Assembly (NCBI RefSeq): GCF_009914755.1 | Contig: NC_060931.1 | Length of the DNA stretch: 64,000 bases | Strand: one strand, 5' to 3' | Source: the human T2T-CHM13v2.0 reference genome, Homo sapiens | Shown here: positions 1 to 12,090 of the stretch, piece after piece | Layout: the number at the start of each line of letters is the position of its first letter | Position numbering within the stretch: position 1 is the first letter of the stretch | The notes under the pieces: model-generated | Seen by the model: only the letters and a program-made list of their open reading frames with translations | The model's database searches: none | Told to the model about the DNA's origin: nothing | Program-made: the position numbers and the translations under genes

Positions 1-133
1 AGGCAGACCGTAAACTCTTGGAAGATGGAGACAGTATCTCACTAGTGTTTGCTTTTCCAGTGTCTAGGATGATCCCACACAGAGCAGATGCTCAATAAAT
101 GTAAATTGAATGAGCGAATTAATAAATGAATGA
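1..133 (+). mobile_element. L2 3' end relic
   Basis: cagatgctcaataaatg...ttgaatga...aatgaatga resembles the L2 terminus. Confidence 0.55.
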
Positions 134-560
134 TTAATTATTCAGTATCTACACATGGATAATTGTGGATATAAAATATCTATATGTAGATAATATATGA
201 ATAATTGAAAAGCATCCTGGCAATATTTTATTTAGTCCTCCAGTTTTAGGTAGTTAGTAAGCTTACTTTATTTTTGTTAAGTGCTTCAGCTATTTTTTCT
301 AACCACTGTCCATAGTTACAAAACTTTTCTTGTTATTCTTCCAGAGATTTCAGGACAAATATTCATTGAGCTTCTTTATTCTGTGCATAGAAATACACCT
401 GCTTTGAAACCTTTATAGTCTGTGAGCCAAAATGATAGGCATATTTCCGAGTCTCCCCTGTTAGCTCACACATTAACAACCTACATCTCTCTGGAGTAAA
501 GAACCCAGTGTGTTCTGACAAACGAGATTTGGATGTTTCTCTCTAAAATGTTGCCCAACC

Positions 561-566
<6 letters not shown>

Positions 567-598
<32 letters not shown>
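567..598. repeat. (CA)16 microsatellite
   Basis: Direct count. Confidence 0.95.
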
Positions 599-600
<2 letters not shown>

Positions 601-1981
601 TATATACATAATACATATACACATAAGAGACGTACACATAAAGGGGATAATCAGAAACATTTTCAAGGCATCCTCTGTCTATGCTTTATTATGTGAATAT
701 AAACACAGCCCTTACACCTGAGGCATCATTATATCAAAAGTTTTGTTGAACTTTAGGAGTATATCATAGTAAAGGTGAAGGTGTGAGTTACACATTTGCT
801 GCCCTTGAAACACCAGGGCTTCTACCATGACACCTCTTCAAGGCCAGCCTTACTCTGGCTTCTGTCTTCTCTTATTTCCTACACCCTATATCAAATCTCA
901 GGTACTATGTGGAAAGGCCTCAATCTTTCTCACCACAGTGTGGGAGGGTTGATAGAAGTATTTTTTTTCTAATCTATCAATACCAAGTTAGAATTAACTA
1001 AGAAGGAGAAGATTTTCAAGCATTTATGACAGAAGCATGATGCTCTGCCTCCTCCAAGCTCCATTTAATCCATCCAGGGCAAGACTGAGATCCACGAACT
1101 TATCACAATCCAAATACTTACGGGGTGTAATTTGCAACGTGGCCCCTGGAGAATGCATGCTCTTGTTACTACAAGAGTTTTATGTGTAGAGATCCAGCTG
1201 GTTATTAAGCCATCACCTGCCAGCTTTTTTTTTTCTGAATGCCCATCCCCAGGGCCCAGAGAAATGGAGACAGGAGGATAAACTACTTTTGTTTGTTCTG
1301 GTAGACACAGAGTCTGACTGCTGTGTATCCTGTTTCCCTTAGGGACTCTACCTTGTCCTCAGGGACAATCCGTGAAGGCTTGAGTGGAGATAACCCCACC
1401 ATAAAACCTATACTGCTGGTGTTCCCAGAGAGCAGGCTGCAGTCTGCATCAGCCTATGCTAAGAAAAGAGAGACAACTCCTGCATCTGGAAATTCCTTCT
1501 CTCAGGGGCTGCTGGTGGGAGCAAGATCCTCAGCTCTGGCCTTCAAAAGCTCCTGTGATCTCTGCACAATTTCTCTAAATAGAATTATATTTCTGAGACA
1601 AGACCAGGCCTGATACCACAGTGAGTAAAGGGTCTTTTGCAAAGTCTGGTAGTTTAGAGAAGCTAGGGTCTGGATGAAGGCAGGGCTCCAGAAATCAGTA
1701 CATTGAATGGGAGATACAGAGGTAATTTATTGGCAGACAGTTTCCTGGGCTAAAGGTGGAGTTAGCATTTGCAGAGGTGGAGTCATAAGCTGCACATTGA
1801 GAATGACGCATTGATCATTTAACATTTGTGTACTTCTATGAAACATCCTGGTTTCCCCTTTCTATAGCCCCTGTGGCTATGTGGTTGGGGGAATGACAAG
1901 CAGAGAAAATTTAAGAAGAGTCTGAAGACTTGATTGAAATCTAGGATATGCTCTTTGAATGTTATTCCTAACGTAATGCCT

Positions 1982-2070
1982 TTCATTCATCCATCCATCC
2001 ATCCATCCATCAATTCATCCAACAAGTGTAGTGGGCATTGTGCCAGCAACAGCACCTGCTAAGAACCAGG
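1982..2070 (-). mobile_element. L2 3' end with (CATC)n tail
   Basis: ttcattcatccatcc...caacaagtgtagtgggcattgtgccag is an inverted L2 terminus. Confidence 0.5.
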
Positions 2071-2887
2071 GAAGCAGCCCTGCAAAGGGGTGGGGTGAAG
2101 GCAGGAATCAGAATATTATCCTGTTAACTCTTCACATGGATAACCACTTGCCCTGGCCATATATCAGAAATGACTTCAGTGAATGCTTGCTGGATTAGTG
2201 ATGGCAAACTTTCTTGGCTTGCATGCAAAGGGAAACAGCCAGATTTTCCTGAGTTGCTTCAGGAAGTAAAACATTTAATGCAAGCTTTATTTTCCCTAAA
2301 ACTAGTAAACACAGGGAAGGAAACCTCTTTGAAATTGCATTTGTAAACCTCATTTCCTAATTCATGCTTTTACGTATTTTCTCTAATCATTTACTGGAGC
2401 ACCTGCATGTGCAATGCACTCTGCACAAATTACAAAATAATTGAAAACCAAATATGGAAGAGAAAGTGGGGGAAAATATGCAAACTAAATAAATTAGAAA
2501 GTAAAACACATAAGAACATGGCTGTGATCCTTACTCTAAAATAAAATGGCTAGCCATTCTGAAAAACAACTTACTCTGTGGCTGCCCTTCTGACAGCAAA
2601 AATGTGGGTCTTGCAATCCAAGTTAAGTAAAATTCTGTGGGACTGGATATAGTATACATCACCCTGTCTGCATTTACACTAGTTCTCTGAACCAAATTTA
2701 TTTTCTGCTTTACTCTGGATTAAAGGATTTGGCATAATGGCTCCGAAAAACCTTGCTGACTGAGTCAGCACCCTGTGTGCACCATAAACCCCCTCCTTCT
2801 GTTAACTGACTAATCCGGATCTGCATTTGCTCCTCAGCACATAGCTCATTGCCACAGCAGAGTCCAACGCAGGTATGTCACAAGGGC

Positions 2888-3823
2888 ATGACAAAAAATC
2901 AGACATGGGTCACAGAATTCATTCTCCTGGGATTTCCACTCAGCCTAAGGATTCAGATGCTCCTCTCTGGGCTTTTCTCCCTGTTATACGTCTTCACCCT
3001 GCTGGGAAATGGGGCCATCCTGGGGCTCATCTGGCTGGACTCCAGACTGCACACCCCCATGTACTTCTTTCTCTCACACCTGGCCATCATTGATATTTCG
3101 TATGCTTCCAACAATGTCCCCAAGATGCTGACAAACCTTGGCTTGAACAAGAGAAAAACAATCTCCTTTGTCCCATGCACAATGCAGACCTTTTTATACA
3201 TGGCTTTTGCTCACACTGAGTGTCTCATCTTGGTAATGATGTCCTACGATCGGTACATGGCTATCTGCCACCCTCTGCAATATTCTGTCATCATGAGATG
3301 GGGAGTGTGCACAGTCCTGGCTGTCACTTCTTGGGCATGTGGTTCCCTTCTGGCCCTGGTCCATGTGGTTCTCATCCTGAGGCTGCCCTTCTGTGGGCCC
3401 CATGAAATCAACCACTTCTTCTGTGAAATCCTGTCTGTCCTCAAGTTGGCCTGTGCTGACACCTGGCTCAACCAGGTGGTCATCTTTGCTGCTTCAGTGT
3501 TCATCCTGGTGGGGCCGCTCTGCCTGGTGCTGGTCTCCTACTCGCGCATCCTGGCGGCCATCTTGAGGATCCAGTCTGGGGAGGGCCGCAGAAAGGCCTT
3601 CTCCACCTGCTCCTCCCACCTTTGCATGGTGGGACTCTTCTTTGGCAGCGCCATTGTCATGTACATGGCCCCCAAGTCCCGCCACCCTGAGGAGCAGCAG
3701 AAGGTCCTTTCCCTGTTTTACAGCCTTTTCAACCCGATGCTGAACCCCTTGATCTACAGCCTGAGGAACGCAGAGGTCAAGGGTGCCCTGAAAAGAGTGT
3801 TGTGGAAACAGAGATCAAAGTGA
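2888..3823 (+). CDS. OR2A5: Olfactory receptor 2A5 (class II OR, 311 aa)
   Basis: Intact ORF from ATG 2888 (MTKNQTW..., N-glycosylation sequon NQT) with OR motifs LHTPMYFFLSHL, MSYDRYMAICHPL, KAFSTCSSHL, PMLNPLIYSLRN. The ORF-track start at 2849 is a TTG extension. Protein recognised as OR2A5. Confidence 0.95.
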   Translation: MTKNQTWVTEFILLGFPLSLRIQMLLSGLFSLLYVFTLLGNGAILGLIWLDSRLHTPMYFFLSHLAIIDISYASNNVPKMLTNLGLNKRKTISFVPCTMQTFLYMAFAHTECLILVMMSYDRYMAICHPLQYSVIMRWGVCTVLAVTSWACGSLLALVHVVLILRLPFCGPHEINHFFCEILSVLKLACADTWLNQVVIFAASVFILVGPLCLVLVSYSRILAAILRIQSGEGRRKAFSTCSSHLCMVGLFFGSAIVMYMAPKSRHPEEQQKVLSLFYSLFNPMLNPLIYSLRNAEVKGALKRVLWKQRSK

Positions 3824-5899
3824 GGGATGCCAGGGAAAGTCTAGAGGGTTGAAGATTTGCTCCCAATGAGATTTGTAGGAACAGTGGTGTAAATGCCTTA
3901 CAGTCTCATCTCTTAGATTTCTGATATCAAGAATGTATATTGATTGGATTCTATCCCTAAACGTGGAGTACCATGCAGATCACAAAGCACATGCAGACAG
4001 GCGCTGAGCCGTGTGGTGCAGCAGAGGTGCAAAGTGCCATGAACTCCTACTCCCAGGTCCCACCCCTACCCAGGATCTGCTTTCTGTTCTTTTGAGGCTT
4101 AGTTCTCTCAAGCTTCCTCTTAAATTCCTCTATTATTTCCATCTCTTTTTGCCATAAGTATATGCTGGTAATCCCATACCATATGCTACTATAAGAGAGT
4201 ACTTGTAATCACACAGAATAAATACTGACCTTGGTTAAGCAGCCCTCTACTGGGAATGTAACAACAACTAAGAGTAGAGAAAATGCCTGGTTTGGAACCT
4301 AAAGCCTAAGGATGATGATATTAGTACTGGAAGTTCATCTAAATCACCCTAACAAATCTAATTCTGTAAAAAGCAAAGTTTAATTGTATAGATTTTTTTA
4401 TATAAAAGGCAGAGAAATATCAGGATCTTTGTTTCATTTCACTTAATTCTGCACCATTTAATTAGAAAGAGTTTGGAAAGATTTTGCATTTAAAATAAAT
4501 ATGAGAGAATGTTATTAGGGATAGTTACCTTTTTCATAATTCAGATCGCAAAGCCGGGTGTAGGTGACAATTTATCATTACGGTGATTACATAAAATATT
4601 GTAGTAGTAAGAAAATACTGCAAAGGAAGAAAGCATCAAGGGAAACTGACAGCTTGATGTAACATCATAGACCACCGCTTAGAACCAAGAACATGTCAAG
4701 TCTTGATAAAGACTTTCAGGAACCTCAACAAAATTCCAAAGAGAAGCTATTCCAGGTGACATAAATCACTTTTCCTGGACCCAAGTGGTCAGAATGACAT
4801 GGACAGGTAATTTGTTTTATTTTAACACAAGTCTGAGTCCTAAATGATCAGCATAATATGATAATATGATTTCTTTAACACATTGAGTATGGTACCTTTT
4901 GGAATTCTCTCTTTTTTCTCTCAACCCTTGTAGTATTGTGTGAATTCAACTGTATGACCCATGATGTTATTACATTATCTGCTGCCTGTACCTTTTCTAT
5001 TTTTACAATTTTAAAATATATTCTTATCACTTCATATATTTCTTCTTCCATGAAAGAAAGAAGCAAAGGGGGAACTCTTTCCTCCCACCCCCTCTCCAAA
5101 TGCACTGTTTTCTTTTCAGTTCTCAAAAAGCCTAGTTGCTGACTATTCTGCTCATCCATTCATCTCGGTTAAACATTCTGCCTCTGGTGATGGTCTTTGT
5201 TTTCATATCTCCATACTGTGAGGACATTTTTTGGCCTGCAGAAATTCACAAACCTTGCTCTGCCCCTCCCAAAGAGAGCAATTTGAATTTAAAAAAAAAT
5301 ACTGGATCTAAATTTAACTATCAACCACTATGGAATTATTGTGTGCACTACTCTGAAGCTAGAAAGAGAAAACAGGCAGTATTTTCATATAGAAAGGACT
5401 TTCTAACTATATCTGAAAAAAATTATTACATTCCCTAAAATATGTATACTTCATGTTCTGCTTAAAACCTTTAAAAGAAAAGGGAAAGAGGAAACATATA
5501 GAATAGTTCATCTCATATAAAACATAAGCAATAGATTTGGATTCAGAATTTTTTTACCTAGGGTACAGTGGAAAAATCAGGGGGTATAATTCATCCTATG
5601 TCAGTTCTAAGTGATTGGGAAAGAATAGACCAAAAAGACTACATTTCTACAGAAAGTGACAAACATAGATAAATTATAAAGAAATGTTCTCTAGCAGGTC
5701 TTAATAGTGGCTCTAATTTTATATATATATATATATTGAATACATTACAGAAAATACCTGAGTATATGAAAAATTTCTATTAATTGTTTCCATATTTGAG
5801 TTGTAGGATTTTAACAAACTATTTAAATGTTGGTGTTATGACCGCTTTATATATACATATTTTCAACATTAATCAGTTTTTAAAGGTCTGGGGGAAAGT

Positions 5900-6130
5900 G
5901 AAAGAAACAATTGCATTGTTTTAGGCTGCAAGTTCTACTGACTGCTTCACAAATGTTACCCCGTTTATCTTGCATAAACATCACAATGGAGTCGCTATTA
6001 TTTTCTCCATTTAATAGATAAGTAAACAAAGTTCAGAATGATTTAATAACTTATCCTATACTATGCAACCAGTAATAGAACTGAGTGTTATGGATCGTAC
6101 TGATTGCAAACCCAAGCTGCTTCTTAGCAG
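5900..6130 (-). mobile_element. MIR relic
   Basis: ctattatttt-ctccatttaatagataagtaaacaaagttcagaatgatttaataacttatcc matches the MIR core. Confidence 0.55.
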
Positions 6131-8236
6131 CTTTCTGCCCAAAACATTACAAATTTTAGCTCAACAGGGGTTAGACTCAACATCCACATGATGGGGCAGA
6201 GTCTGGAACAAAACGGAGTTTACAGTATTATAGCCAAAGTCTTAACACCAGAAAGAATACATCCTGTAGCCAACCCATCTTTGGAGGATTCATTACCACC
6301 TTTGGGAAGAGTAGAAACACTCACATTAGCAGCATCATCATTTTCCAATAGTAACTCCCTCCTAATGCCTGTCTGCAAAATCACATGGCCTCATAAGGCA
6401 TTGCCCCAAAGGGACAATCTGAACGAGAGACACCCTGCTGTTCTCAGTGATCATCTTACCTATGATTCTGGTCTTCTTTCTATCATTAGGTGTACCCACC
6501 TGTGTTCTTTACCTTTATGATGTGATTAATGCTTTTCCAGGAAGTGTCCCCATCTCTCCTGTGTACAGATCCGTGATGGACCTACCTTACCAGTGCTCTA
6601 GGCTGCTAGGACTGAGAAAGGGGGAACCCAGCACAGGTGCAAGCTGAGATGCTTGCTATGTTAGATTCACATCTCAATTGTGCTACAACTTGCTAAATAG
6701 GTCTGCTTCTAGGAATAATATAGCCTCCTCAATCCTGAGTTTTATTTTAGGTCAGATGTGGCTAACAAGGTTTCAGCTAGGTGCCTTATATAACTTTTAT
6801 GAATGCTAAATGAAAGACTTTATGTGACTCTGATTTGAAGTGATGTATTTTTGTGAGAAGGATATAAGGACAATGAAAATGAAAAATGATTACATAGTAA
6901 GACTAAGAGCTGGTAAAATTCATGACTAAACAACTATAAAACTACAAAATCCAATTTTATTTTAATGATTCATAAATTATTATGATACTTACTGAACAAT
7001 GGAAGTTTCTCAAAAAATCTCAGCTCTTTGTGTGTGCAACTTTCTGTGCCTGTCTTTGTTTTTATTTGGTTGGTGATATTGGGGAAGGTCTCCACCAAAG
7101 GAGGTTGAAGGTTAGTACACAGGAGGTTGGGTATGAAATGGTGTTCATTGTTCCTGCTAGTAGACAAAACTGTAAGAAGAATCCTACATAAAATTTTACA
7201 TTCTCTATATAGCTTCAATTCGAAAAGGATTCTTGAGATAGCATCCAGATAGGAAATATATACAAAAATAATTAGTCCATAGCTTTGTTACGTTCATTCT
7301 CCTACCCACACACTAAGAATTCTCATCAACTGTGTATCTAGAATAGCTCCTCTAGGAAATCTCAGTCTCTGTATGTAGAGATAGAAACTCACCCTGGTGA
7401 CACCTTGTTAGTTGGCTGAAATTTTGGCACTCATAGTAGCCAACTCCTTATATTGGTCTCCCTGGCCTTACTATTGCCCTGGATACTAATCATATTAGGA
7501 AAGAAATATATAGATGAGCAAATAAATGAGTGCATAGCCATAAATAATTTTTGAAATGACTGTGTTTCCATAGCCCGGAAAAAAGGAGGAATAAAGCAAA
7601 CAGGATAATTGTCTTCATATATCCCATCGAGAATCTTGCAGGAGGCAAACATAGTTGTTTATTGCCTTCCACAAAGTGGGGAAAAATACCCTAGAATCAA
7701 AAAGTAGGTTTACATAAAAGTGGAATTAACATCAATATGAGAAAATATTTTTGAACATTATAAGTTATGCAACAATGAGGTCTTATGAATTATTGTGCAG
7801 CCTTACTATAAATAGAAACATAAAGGTTGAGTAAAATATAAATACGTTGAACAGGCATTTGCAATAGAGTCTTTCCAATGTCTCTTCAATCTTGAAAATT
7901 TAAGATTTCATAATAAACTTTTTCATCTTTTTAATGAGGGGCGGAGTTTAACCTGATTTTAAACAAACTTACAGTCATTTAAAGATTTTTAAATGGTAAT
8001 TCTAAGATAATCTTTTTTCTGTCAAAATCCCGTCTTGTTCTTCCGAGGATTCAGCAGAGTCATCAAAAGAAAATATTCAAGTAGGAAAAAATTGTTGTAT
8101 AAGCTTCATACTTGTGGTTCTCATACTTTTATTCCCACAATGCCATCACAACTTTATTTCTAGATATACATGGTTTCACATTTTAAAATATTAGCCTGAT
8201 ATTCAGTGATAGTGGCTCAATGACTTTTGCCTTAAA

Positions 8237-8413
8237 CACAGGCACAGGGGCTTGCACATGTAATCCCAAAAACTGAAGAGATTGAGGTGGGAGGATCGCT
8301 TGAGCCCCGTAGTTTGAGGCTGCAGTGAGCTATGACCATGCTACTGCATTCCAGCCTGGGCAACAGAGTGGGACCCCATCTTTGAAAAAACAAACAAACA
8401 AACAAACAAAAAA
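8237..8413 (+). mobile_element. Alu right-arm monomer (FRAM/AluJ-like)
   Basis: gaggtgggaggatcgcttgagccc...gaggctgcagtgagctatga...ccagcctgggcaacagagt followed by an A/CAAA tail. Confidence 0.85.
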
Positions 8414-9242
8414 CCCCACAGAGCAGTGACAGATTAAACCACAAGGAGAGGAAATGAAAAAGACAAAATTAGCCCCCAAGGCAAGATAAACATCTCTGTG
8501 GATCAGAAACAAAACATAAAATCAGATGTGTGAGTGATGCAGAAGCCACGGGTTAGCCGACTGTTTGTAAGCTGGCCTGAGTGGAGATAGCTTTGCTCTT
8601 AGGAACTAAATATATTAAAGTTCTTCATGCAATAATGGGGAACTGAGGCTTAGCACCTTCCTTGAAAATAAGGTATGGAGGAGGGTGGGAGGGACTGACT
8701 TCCTTTGCTTACTAATGAAGACCAAAAAATGTACTGTGCTATACTGCTTCCCTATGTAGCTAGCTGAAGACTTGTGAGAACCCAGGCCCTGCGCTGCAAC
8801 CAAATGTGGAATCCAGACACCCACTCTGGGTGCTGGGATTCCCAATATACTCAGTCTCACTATAGGTACATAATTCTAAACCATTTACGTAAGATCCAGG
8901 TCTGGATAGGAAGCCCAAAGAGCTGGGCCGAGACAACCCCTGAGCTTCTAGATGAGAGAAGAGGGAGGGAGAGAGACAGACAGAGAGAAATGGAGAGAGA
9001 ACTGGGTTTTTAAATCTATTTTCAGAAGCTGCCAAGAGAAGCAGCCCAAAATATCAACAACTGGAAAATAAATTCACTTCTGATGATGTCCCTTGTGCAT
9101 GTTCAGGAATGAACAATTGATAAATATTTATGTTTATGTTTAAATGCATAAAAGATTTCTTAAAGATATGCTAACTATTTTAGATGGCCAGGGATTAAGA
9201 CGGAAAATAATTAGAAAATAACAGATGGATCCCAAAAGATAA

Positions 9243-9600
<358 letters not shown>

Positions 9601-9619
9601 AACTCTTCTTAAATATGAA

Positions 9620-10500
9620 AAAAATTCAACTAACAGGATAAATTCTAGATGGAGTACATTAGGGGAAAAAATGTGAAATAGAACATGGAATGCATAATTT
9701 TCCCAAAATGCAACAGAGACTATTTTTTAAGAAAATGGAATAAAAAGCACATAGAATCTAGACTCAGATATAATATCTATTTATTTTATAAGGACGTAAA
9801 AATAATGATGAAAATAGGATAGGACATTATTGCTGAAATTTTTTTCCTGATGGCTAAACACATGAATTCTCAGAACAAAAGATACTCTGAGTATCAAGCT
9901 ACATGAATAAAAATAAATTAATATCTAGACATATCATAATGAAAGCACAGAACATTAAGGAGGAAAAGAAAATAATAAAACCTTCAGAGAATAAAAGAAT
10001 AGCTACAAAAGAATAACAAATAATAGTGGACTTCCCCTCAGCAAAACAGATGCCAAAAGAGAATATTCAAAAGGATTAGGAAAACTGTTACTCTACAATT
10101 TCACACACAGTTAAACTGTAATTCAAGAAAAAGAGAAAAATGAAAATGTTTTCAAACAAAGTCTAAGGAAAATTACCTCCCTTAGGTCTTCAACAGAATT
10201 ATTAATAAATATATTGGATAGAAAAAAAGATGAAAACAGAATAAAAGTATATAGGGTACATGCGAAGCATACGAGTTGATAAAGAATAATAGTAAATATA
10301 ATTGTTGAATGTAAACAAAATAGCTTTTTATATGAAATAATAAAAGCTCTTAACAGCTGTAACAGGTTGATGTAAATAATACCAATGAATAATTAAATCA
10401 CGGTAAAGCTCTTGACTTGACTAGAAAGGTGAAAATGCTGAATAATTGTAGATTGCATTAGAAAAATTTATAATTTAGTGTGTGTTAAAAATTCAAAAGT
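9620..10500 (+). mobile_element. Ancient L1 (L1M/L1ME-like) ORF1-region relic
   Basis: A-rich strand with degenerate L1 ORF1 tracts (tctagacatatcataatgaaa, gacttcccctcagcaaaacagatgcc). It appears to continue at ~17000-18290 and ~21010-21370. Confidence 0.5.
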
Positions 10501-10697
10501 AGATCACATTTGCCATCTTTGAGCCCCCCACCTCTGCTGCAGTTGTAGCAGCCAATACGTCTGTCATCCACTCCTCAGTGGCTTCACCAGCCTTTCAGCC
10601 AGATACAAGGCTGTTGTCCTAGTGATTACAGCCACATGAGTCACTGGTCAGCTCAGCGGCTATCCCGACCTGCTGCCTGACTCCCATAATCTTCACC

Positions 10698-10886
10698 CAT
10701 TTATGAGTGAGAACATGCAATATTTGTCTTTCTGTGCCTGGCTTGTTTCACTTAAGATAATGATCTCTAGTTTCATCCATCTTGTTGTAAAATACATAAT
10801 TTCATAGTTTTTTAATGGCTGAATAGTATTCCATTACATATGTATAATACTTTTTTTTATACTTTCATTTATTGATGGACACATGT
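10698..10886 (-). mobile_element. L1M(A) 3' fragment, host of the THE1 nest; resumes at 15029-15185
   Basis: atgagtgagaacatgcaatatttgtctttctgtgcctggc...gatggacac|...|catgttggtaccatatctttgctattgtgaatagtgctg is collinear antisense L1. Confidence 0.8.

Positions 10887-12090
<1,204 letters not shown>

Noticed and set aside
2849-2887. 13-aa N-terminal extension of OR2A5 in the ORF track
   Set aside because: Starts at TTG; ATG 2888 aligns with the other three ORs and gives the standard N-terminus.
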